Assembly (NCBI GenBank): GCA_905198125.1
Contig: CAJKBH010000006.1
Span: 11,842 to 75,841 of the forward strand
Reading direction: 5' to 3'
Source: an uncultured Porphyromonadaceae bacterium
GTDB lineage: Bacteria; Bacteroidota; Bacteroidia; Bacteroidales; Muribaculaceae
Length of the DNA: 64,000 nucleotides
Below, in pieces: positions 52,251 through 60,196 of the stretch. Each line of letters begins with the position of its first letter. The first letter of the stretch is position 1. The notes under the pieces are model-generated. The model worked only from the letters and a program-made list of their open reading frames with translations, was not told where the DNA came from and ran no database searches. Both the position numbers and the translations under genes were made by a program.

Positions 52251-53141
52251 ATGACACGATACAAGGCTCTTATAGAATTGATCAGACCCAAGCAATGGGT
52301 CAAGAATCTGTTCGTGTTTCTTCCGATGTTTTTCGGTGGCCACATGAATACCGCAGAGGCATGGATAGAGGCATCCCTGGCTTTTGTGTCATTTTCCCTT
52401 ATCGCCAGTGCCGTCTATTGCATCAATGATGTGCAGGACCGGGACAGCGACAGGCTTCACCCCGTGAAACGTTCACGGCCTGTGGCCTCGGGCACCGTAT
52501 CTCCTTTCGCCGCCACAGTCCTGTCCATATTCCTGGTCGGGGCGGCCGAATGCGTGACATGGTTCGGCATCCAGGACGGAGGAATGGCCGTCGCTGCAAT
52601 CATATCTTTTTATTTCGTACTGAACCTCGCTTATACTTTCGGACTCAAAAAGATAGCGATTGTCGATGTCATCATCATCGCCTTCGGTTTCGTCCTCAGG
52701 CTTTTTGCAGGCGGATATGCCTGCGATATAGCATTGTCTCCCTGGATTGTCCTCATGACATTCCTTCTGACCTTGTTCCTGGCATTCGCGAAACGTCGCG
52801 ACGACGTCGTGCTGCGCAAACGGGAAAACATTGTGGTGCGCCAAAACACCCAGCACTATAATCTCGCGTTCATGAATCATGTGCTCGGCATTCTGGCAGC
52901 CGTCACTATGGTATGCTACATCATGTACACGGTCAGCCCCGAAGTCATAGAAAGATTCCATAGCGATTATGTCTATGTGTCGTCTGTATTCGTTTTAGCC
53001 GCATTGATCAGATATTTCCAGCTCCTTATCGTATTGGACAAGGACGGCGACCCGACCCGCATACTCTGGACCGACAGGTTCATCCAATGTTGCGGTATAA
53101 TCTGGCTCGCCTTCTTCGCCATGCTGATCTATATCATATAG
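52251..53141 (+). CDS. UbiA-family prenyltransferase, decaprenyl-phosphate phosphoribosyltransferase-like
   Basis: Exact NDxxDxxxD motif (NDVQDRDSD) followed by RP..SG, polytopic membrane protein; 18-bp gap from ABC gene. Confidence 0.8.
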   Translation: MTRYKALIELIRPKQWVKNLFVFLPMFFGGHMNTAEAWIEASLAFVSFSLIASAVYCINDVQDRDSDRLHPVKRSRPVASGTVSPFAATVLSIFLVGAAECVTWFGIQDGGMAVAAIISFYFVLNLAYTFGLKKIAIVDVIIIAFGFVLRLFAGGYACDIALSPWIVLMTFLLTLFLAFAKRRDDVVLRKRENIVVRQNTQHYNLAFMNHVLGILAAVTMVCYIMYTVSPEVIERFHSDYVYVSSVFVLAALIRYFQLLIVLDKDGDPTRILWTDRFIQCCGIIWLAFFAMLIYII

Positions 53142-53148
53142 CATTGAT

Positions 53149-54798
53149 ATGAACAGGAAACATACTGTACTGACGCTCGCGATGGCTGCCATAATTCAGG
53201 CGCCACTGCTGTTTTATGGTGTTGATCTGGCAGACACCGGGTTCTACATGTCCTTTTACGAATGGATTTTCAAGGATCCGGCATGTGTGGAGTACAATTT
53301 CATGTATTACCTTACGGGCATTGTCGGCGGTATATGGCACTCTATATGGCCCGGACTCCTGTCCCTACGGGTATTGGGACTGCTTGTCAATCTCTGTACG
53401 GTATGGGTATTGACACGAATCATCACAGACGTACGGGCACTCGCCGCGTCCGTAGCGATGGTATTGTTCGGGTTGTATATCTCACCGTCGACGTTCAATT
53501 ATGACACATTGTCCGCCTGTCTGACTGTGACCGGCCTGTGGTTTATGATCCGTAGCGGCAAAACAGGATGGAAATGGACCTTTGTCGCCGGAATCATAAT
53601 GGGCATCAACGTTTTCAGCAGGGTATCCAATTTGGCGGGACTGGGTTATGTCCTTTATTATCTGATCCGATCATTCTGGCACAGGCATAAGCCATATAAG
53701 GCAGTGTTATGGTATCTTGCAGGTTGGGCAACCGGGGTATGCCTTGTCCTGCTGTTAATGCTCTGTTTAGGACATATCGATGTCTTCACCGACAATCTGA
53801 CCGAACTGTTGTCAATAGCCGGGGCTGAACAAGGCGAAGCGTCTCACGGGCTGGGCAACCTGATTGGAGCCATGTTCAGGACGTGGAAACGCATCCTCAA
53901 ATTTTCATTCGTTGCAACGGTTCTGATATGCTTGTTCTGTTGCATACGCAAATATGTTTCGATTCGCAGTGTCCGGATGGTATTGCTTACAATCCTGTCG
54001 GTGTTCCTTGCCTATGTGATGTACCGTTCTTCGCCTGTGACCGTTACAGCCGGCATAGGGCTGATAGGGTGTGTCGCGGTTTTTATCAACAGCAAAGGGC
54101 ATTGTCTGTGGGACGAGGCTCTGTGCGGTCTGCTGATGCTGTTCATAATGCCCTTGGGATCCGACGGAGGCATATACAACACCGGTACACTCGCCACCTG
54201 GCTACCTTTGGCCGTAGCCATGGCGTTTTTTATGAATCCGGCCCATGCAAAAAGGCGCGCGCTTGTCCCCGGCATATCGTTTTCCACCGGTATGGCTGCC
54301 GTATTCTGCCTGATAATGATTGTATATGTGGTCCGTAATGGCGTATATTTCGATGATACACGTCCCACCGACAGATTGAAAAATATATGCGGGCAACCCA
54401 TCTATACATCATCCGAAAGACAGGAACTGATCGAAGACCTCGTGACGCAACTGAACCGCCATGTCAAGTCGGGTGACGTATTGATGGTGTATGGCACCGG
54501 ACCGACGCTGAACTACCTTACGCATACCCGACCCTGGCTCGGCTGTTCCTGGCCCGAACAGTTCATGGTGTCGTCATTGCGTCAGCGAATGGCCGCGGCA
54601 ACCCAGCGGCCTACTATCGCAATCCTGAAATTCGATACAATCGGATCGGAATTCGGTGATCCGTCTGCCGATTTTGCCATGGGCGGAGACGAAAACATTT
54701 ACCATAACCCACCGAAATCAGCCTGTATTTACGAGTATATCGAATCGCATGGCTACACTCTTGTTTCCGATAACGAATACATGGCTGTCTACCGGTAA
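53149..54798 (+). CDS. GT-C-fold membrane glycosyltransferase-like protein (549 aa; about 11 TM helices plus C-terminal soluble domain)
   Basis: Topology and size like ArnT/PMT/Emb-type GT-C enzymes; acidic DLAD motif in first predicted extracytoplasmic loop; 7-bp gap from UbiA gene. Confidence 0.55.
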   Translation: MNRKHTVLTLAMAAIIQAPLLFYGVDLADTGFYMSFYEWIFKDPACVEYNFMYYLTGIVGGIWHSIWPGLLSLRVLGLLVNLCTVWVLTRIITDVRALAASVAMVLFGLYISPSTFNYDTLSACLTVTGLWFMIRSGKTGWKWTFVAGIIMGINVFSRVSNLAGLGYVLYYLIRSFWHRHKPYKAVLWYLAGWATGVCLVLLLMLCLGHIDVFTDNLTELLSIAGAEQGEASHGLGNLIGAMFRTWKRILKFSFVATVLICLFCCIRKYVSIRSVRMVLLTILSVFLAYVMYRSSPVTVTAGIGLIGCVAVFINSKGHCLWDEALCGLLMLFIMPLGSDGGIYNTGTLATWLPLAVAMAFFMNPAHAKRRALVPGISFSTGMAAVFCLIMIVYVVRNGVYFDDTRPTDRLKNICGQPIYTSSERQELIEDLVTQLNRHVKSGDVLMVYGTGPTLNYLTHTRPWLGCSWPEQFMVSSLRQRMAAATQRPTIAILKFDTIGSEFGDPSADFAMGGDENIYHNPPKSACIYEYIESHGYTLVSDNEYMAVYR

Positions 54799-55017
54799 AT
54801 GCACGCCGGCGTCCATACTTTTCCGACTCTTTCGGAATTCTCCGGTTCCGCCCAAATCAGCACTCTAAATTAACACTTTATTTGCAATTAGTTGCGCAAT
54901 AATATCAAAGCGACAATAAGAGTTGCAATGCGCCTCATTTTTTTATAATTTAGCGTTCAGGATTGCGTTCGTTATGAACGAATCGGAAAAAGACTGACGA
55001 TAACACACTTTTCAATC

Positions 55018-56220
55018 ATGAACTCTAAATTCATAAAAGGGATACTGGCTACCGCCCTCGTAACGGGGGCTTCGCTGGGAATGAACGCACAGGATTGCGA
55101 CACAAACCCTCGCTGCCAGAATCAGACGCCTGCCGCCCGGCTGAAATATAAGCTGAACAGCCTGACCAAAGCGGGTAAGACGGCGTTCGGCCATCACGAC
55201 GACACGGCCTACGGTCACGAGTGGACCGGCGTGAAGTTCGCTCCGGGCACTGCCGGCCGCAGCGACGTCAGGGATGTGGCGGGTTATTACCCCGGCGTCA
55301 TGTCGTGGGACCTGGGCGGCCTGGAACTTCAGGACACGGTGAACCTTGACGGCGTGCCGTTCAGCCTGATACTTCGCGAGGCCCGCGCCCAGAACGCGCG
55401 CGGAGGCGTAAACACCTTCAGCTGGCACCTTCGCAACCAGGTGACCGGCGGCGACAGCTGGGACGTGTCGGACAAGCAGGCCGTACACAAGATGCGCACC
55501 GACCCCGAACAGCTGGCCAGATATCAGGAGACCGTGCGCCTCGTGGCACGTTACCTGAAGCAGATGACCGACGAGAACGGCCGTCCGTTCGGCGTGATAT
55601 TCCGCCCGTGGCACGAGCAGACAGGTTCGTGGTTCTTCTGGGGCGGCGAGAACAGCTCGCCCGAGGATTACAAGTTCCTGTGGACCGAGATGCGCCGCAT
55701 ATTCGACGAGGAGAACGTCAACAACGTGGTGTGGGCGTTCAGCCCCGACCGCGTCAAGAGTGAGGAACAGTATATGCTGACTTATCCCGGCGATGAATAC
55801 GTTGACATTTTAGGCACGGACGTGTACCAGTTTGCCGGCGAGGGCGGCGACGCAACATATCGTCAGGATGCCGGCCGGTCGCTCGGTATCGTGACCTCTC
55901 TGGCACGCAAACACAACAAGATTCCGGCATTCACCGAGACCGGCCTGGAGGGCATATCCGATCCCAAATGGTACACCGGCCAGCTGCTTCCGCTGCTTAA
56001 GGCCAACCCCGTGGCATACGTTGTGGTATGGCGCAACGCCGAGGACAACAAGAAGCACTACTACACTCCCTTCAAGGGCCATCCGGCAACAGACGACTTC
56101 AAGGCATTTACCGAAGACGACCTCATCGTCATGGCCGGCAAGCCCATGGGCATAAAGGCCAAGGCCCAAAGCGGCGCTCGCGTCAAGAAGGCTCCCAACG
56201 CAAAGCCCGTACGCAGATAA
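55018..56220 (+). CDS. GH26 endo-beta-1,4-mannanase (secreted)
   Basis: Signal peptide; GH26 acid/base region FRPWHEQ and W..W motifs. Confidence 0.8.
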   Translation: MNSKFIKGILATALVTGASLGMNAQDCDTNPRCQNQTPAARLKYKLNSLTKAGKTAFGHHDDTAYGHEWTGVKFAPGTAGRSDVRDVAGYYPGVMSWDLGGLELQDTVNLDGVPFSLILREARAQNARGGVNTFSWHLRNQVTGGDSWDVSDKQAVHKMRTDPEQLARYQETVRLVARYLKQMTDENGRPFGVIFRPWHEQTGSWFFWGGENSSPEDYKFLWTEMRRIFDEENVNNVVWAFSPDRVKSEEQYMLTYPGDEYVDILGTDVYQFAGEGGDATYRQDAGRSLGIVTSLARKHNKIPAFTETGLEGISDPKWYTGQLLPLLKANPVAYVVVWRNAEDNKKHYYTPFKGHPATDDFKAFTEDDLIVMAGKPMGIKAKAQSGARVKKAPNAKPVRR

Positions 56221-56294
56221 GCTTTCCCAAACACGGATAATACAACTATAACCGAGGATAATTTCTCATATAACATACGATAATTTCTCATCTG

Positions 56295-57464
56295 ATGACA
56301 ACATTCGAACGCCGCAAGGCACTGATAGAGACACGATACGAAGAACTGGTGACCCGTGCCAACATTCCGTTGGAGGGCAACGGCATCTACACCCGCTACG
56401 CTCATCCCGTGATCACAGCCGACATGGTGCCCCCGTTCTGGAAATACGACTATGATCCCGAACGCAACCCCTACTTCATGGAGCGCATCGGCGTGAACGC
56501 CACGCTGAACTCCGGTGCGATGAAAATCGACGGCAAATACGTGCTGGTGGTACGTGTGGAGGGAATGGACCGCAAGTCGTTCTTCGCCGTGGCCGAAAGC
56601 CCCAACGGCATCGACAATTTCCGTTTCCGCGAGCGTCCCATCACCATGCCCGACATCGACGGCAACCCCACCACCAACATCTACGACATGCGCCTTACGC
56701 AGCATGAGGACGGCTGGATCTACGGTCTGTTCTGCGCCGAGCGTCACGACGACGCGCAGCCCGGCGACCTGAGCGCGGCCACGGCAGCCTGCGGCATCGC
56801 CCGCACCAAGGACCTGGTGACCTGGGAACGCCTGCCCGACCTGAAGTGCGCCAGCCAGCAGCGCAACGTGGTGCTCCATCCCGAATTCGTCGACAGCAAG
56901 TATGCCCTATACACCCGCCCGCAGGACGGATTCATCGACACGGGCAGCGGCGGCGGCATCGGCTGGGGACTCGTCGAGGACATGACCAACGCAGTGCTCG
57001 GTCCCGAAACCATCATCGACCCCCGCTATTACCACACCATCAAGGAGGTGAAGAACGGCGAGGGTCCCCACCCCATCAAGACACCTAAGGGATGGCTGCA
57101 CCTGGCCCACGGCGTGCGCGCCTGCGCTTCCGGACTCCGCTACGTGCTGTATATGTACATGACCAGCCTGGAGAAGCCCTGGGAGAAGATAGCCAGCCCC
57201 GGCGGATACTTCATGGCTCCGGTGGGCGAGGAATACATCGGCGACGTGATGAACGTGGTGTTCTCCAACGGCTGGATCGCCGACGAGGACGGCAAGGTGT
57301 TCATCTACTACGCCAGCTCCGACACCCGCATGCACGTGGCCACATCCACGATCGACCAGCTCGTGGACTACTGCTTCAACACTCCGCAGGACGGCCTGTT
57401 CACCGGCAAGTCCGTTGAGGCCATCAACCGTCTGATAGACGGCAATCTTCCTTTCCTGAAATAA
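56295..57464 (+). CDS. GH130 4-O-beta-D-mannosyl-D-glucose phosphorylase-like
   Basis: GH130 beta-propeller phosphorylase family; operon context identical to B. fragilis mannan pathway. Confidence 0.8.
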   Translation: MTTFERRKALIETRYEELVTRANIPLEGNGIYTRYAHPVITADMVPPFWKYDYDPERNPYFMERIGVNATLNSGAMKIDGKYVLVVRVEGMDRKSFFAVAESPNGIDNFRFRERPITMPDIDGNPTTNIYDMRLTQHEDGWIYGLFCAERHDDAQPGDLSAATAACGIARTKDLVTWERLPDLKCASQQRNVVLHPEFVDSKYALYTRPQDGFIDTGSGGGIGWGLVEDMTNAVLGPETIIDPRYYHTIKEVKNGEGPHPIKTPKGWLHLAHGVRACASGLRYVLYMYMTSLEKPWEKIASPGGYFMAPVGEEYIGDVMNVVFSNGWIADEDGKVFIYYASSDTRMHVATSTIDQLVDYCFNTPQDGLFTGKSVEAINRLIDGNLPFLK

Positions 57465-57531
57465 AATCATTCACACCGGACGCATCCATGAATTTTCATG
57501 GGTGCGTCCAATCATATCTTAAAAAACCACC

Positions 57532-58986
57532 ATGGCTCTATTGAAAGAGAAAATAGGATACGGTTTCGGCGACATGGCGTCGTCGATGTTCTGGAAGGTG
57601 TTCAGCTACTACCTTCCCTTCTTTTATTCCAACGTGTTCGGACTGTCGCTGGTGGACGCCGCCTTCCTGGTGCTGATCACGCGCATCTGGGACGCCGTGT
57701 CCGACCCGATGATGGGCATCATTGCCGACCGCACCCACACGCGCTGGGGCAAGTACCGCCCTTATCTGCTCTGGATTGCGGCTCCGTTCTCCATCTGCGG
57801 CATCCTGCTGTTCACCACCCCCGACTGGGGATATGCCGCCAAACTGGTCTGGGCTTACGTCACATACATCCTGATGATGACCGTGTACACGGGCATCAAC
57901 GTGCCTTACGGCGCGATGCTGGGTGTGATAACGGATAATCCCAAACAGAAAACCGTATTCTCCTCCTTCCGCATGTTCTTCGCCTACGGCGGCTCGTTCA
58001 TCGCGCTGGCGCTGTGGCAACCGCTGGTAGACCTGTTCAGCGACCGCGGCTACAGCCTGCAGAGCTCGTGGCAGGGAGCCATGATAGTGATTGCGATATG
58101 CTGCTTCGTGCTGTTCATCTGCTGCTTCACCCTGACCCGCGAGAAGATCAAGACCGTCTCCACCGCCTCGGTGGGCAAGGACTTCAAGAGCCTGATACAT
58201 AACAATCCGTGGTGGCTGCTGATAGGCGCGGCCCTCTGCTTCAACCTGTTCAACACCATCCGCGGCGCTTCGGTGGCCTACTTCTTCGCCGACGTCATAG
58301 GCGCCGACGCCAACATCATGCTGTTCGGACTCAGCGTCCTGTTCTATGCCGGCCTTTTCCTCAGCATCGGCGAGATTGCCAACATGGTGGGCGTGGCGCT
58401 GTGCGTGCCTATCGCCAATCGTCTGGGCAAGAAGACAACATTCATGCTCGTCAACATGTCGCTGATAGTGCTGAGCGTGGGCTTCTTCTTCCTGCCGCTC
58501 AGCAATGCCGGATACTGGCTGATGCTGCTGTTCCAGATTCTGATCTCGACTCTGACGGGCATCATGTCGCCGTTGGTATGGTCCATGTACGCCGACGTCA
58601 GCGACTACGCCGAGCTGAAGTTCAAGACGGCCTCCACCGGCCTGATCTTCTCCTCCAGCTCCATGGCCATGAAGTTCGGCGGCGCCATCGGCGGCGCGGC
58701 AGTGATGTGGCTGCTTGACGGGTTCGGATACATAGTCCGCTCCACCGACCAGGCCAACGCCGTCATCGCACAGCCTGACTCGGCCATCTCCTGTCTGTGG
58801 TGGCTCATGAGCTTCATCCCCGCCATCGTGGCTGCATTGGCCGTGGTGATAGTCTACTTCTATCCCCTCACCACCAAGCGCGTGGACGACATCGTAAGCC
58901 AGCTGGCACTGCAGCGCGGCATATCCAATCCTACGGATATTCCAGCAGTGGACGAGGCCACCGACTTCGCCAACACCAACTCTTGA
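57532..58986 (+). CDS. Glycoside-pentoside-hexuronide (GPH):cation symporter
   Basis: 12 TM, GPH signature region around DRT.TRWGKYRP. Confidence 0.82.
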   Translation: MALLKEKIGYGFGDMASSMFWKVFSYYLPFFYSNVFGLSLVDAAFLVLITRIWDAVSDPMMGIIADRTHTRWGKYRPYLLWIAAPFSICGILLFTTPDWGYAAKLVWAYVTYILMMTVYTGINVPYGAMLGVITDNPKQKTVFSSFRMFFAYGGSFIALALWQPLVDLFSDRGYSLQSSWQGAMIVIAICCFVLFICCFTLTREKIKTVSTASVGKDFKSLIHNNPWWLLIGAALCFNLFNTIRGASVAYFFADVIGADANIMLFGLSVLFYAGLFLSIGEIANMVGVALCVPIANRLGKKTTFMLVNMSLIVLSVGFFFLPLSNAGYWLMLLFQILISTLTGIMSPLVWSMYADVSDYAELKFKTASTGLIFSSSSMAMKFGGAIGGAAVMWLLDGFGYIVRSTDQANAVIAQPDSAISCLWWLMSFIPAIVAALAVVIVYFYPLTTKRVDDIVSQLALQRGISNPTDIPAVDEATDFANTNS

Positions 58987-58996
58987 TATTCATTCT

Positions 58997-60196
58997 ATGA
59001 CAAAACAGGAATTCGTAGCCGAGCTGCGCGACACGCTCGACCACAACATACTGGATTATTGGATTGACAAGATGACTGACCCTCGCGGCGGCTATTACGG
59101 CCGTCGCGACGGTCACGATCGTCTGCATCCCGACGCCGAGAAGGGTGCCATCCTGAACGGCCGCATTCTCTGGACATTCTCTACGGCCTACCGTCTGACC
59201 AAGGACGAGCGTTACGCCGAGGCCGCACTCCGCGCCCGCGACTATATCGCACGGCATTTCATCGATCCGGAATACGGCGGCGTGTACTGGAGCGTCACCG
59301 CCGAAGGCGAACCCCTCGACACGAAGAAGCAATACTACGCCATAGCGTTCGTAATCTACGGTCTGGCCGAGCATTACCGCGCCACCGGTGACGAGGCATC
59401 GCTGGAGATGGCCAAGCGGCTGTTCCACGACATCGAGAACCACAGTCTGGACCACGGGAAGGGCGGGTATATCGAGGCTTCGCAACGCGACTGGTCGCCC
59501 ATCGCCGACATGCGTCTCAGCGAGAAGGACGCCAACGCGTCGAAGACCATGAACACCCATCTGCACATCATGGAGGGCTACACTGCCCTGCTGCGTGTAT
59601 GGCGCGATTCCGCCGTGCTCGAAGCCACCAAGCGTTGTCTGCGCATATTCCTCGACACCATCCTCGACCCGGAAACTCACCACCTGGGACTGTTCTTCAA
59701 CGACGACTGGCAGCGTCAGGACGGCATAATCAGCTATGGCCACGACATCGAAGGCAGCTGGCTGATGCTGGAGACCGCCGAGGTGATAGGCGACCCGGCG
59801 CTGTATGAGGAAACACTCGACAAGACGTATCACCTGGCCCACGCGGCCCTGGAGGGACGCACCGTGGACGGAGCTTTACTTTACGAACGTCACGAATCCG
59901 GTGCATACGACAACGACCGCCACTGGTGGGTGCAGGCCGAGACCGTACTGGGCCAGATATATCTGGCTCGCTTTCACGGCGAGGACGCCCAGATGGAACG
60001 CGCCATGCAGACCTGGGACTATATCAAGAACCACCTGATAGACCGCGAGCAGGGCGAATGGTACTGGAGCTGCCGTAACGAAAAAGGCCGGCAGACGGTC
60101 AATCTTGACGACGACCATGCCGGCTTCTGGAAATGTCCGTATCACAACGGACGTATGTGCGTCGAGGCTATAGAGCGCGTCAGCGAGACACTATGA
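58997..60196 (+). CDS. Cellobiose 2-epimerase (AGE superfamily)
   Basis: (alpha/alpha)6 barrel AGE-family motifs, catalytic His region NTHLHIMEGY. Confidence 0.8.
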   Translation: MTKQEFVAELRDTLDHNILDYWIDKMTDPRGGYYGRRDGHDRLHPDAEKGAILNGRILWTFSTAYRLTKDERYAEAALRARDYIARHFIDPEYGGVYWSVTAEGEPLDTKKQYYAIAFVIYGLAEHYRATGDEASLEMAKRLFHDIENHSLDHGKGGYIEASQRDWSPIADMRLSEKDANASKTMNTHLHIMEGYTALLRVWRDSAVLEATKRCLRIFLDTILDPETHHLGLFFNDDWQRQDGIISYGHDIEGSWLMLETAEVIGDPALYEETLDKTYHLAHAALEGRTVDGALLYERHESGAYDNDRHWWVQAETVLGQIYLARFHGEDAQMERAMQTWDYIKNHLIDREQGEWYWSCRNEKGRQTVNLDDDHAGFWKCPYHNGRMCVEAIERVSETL

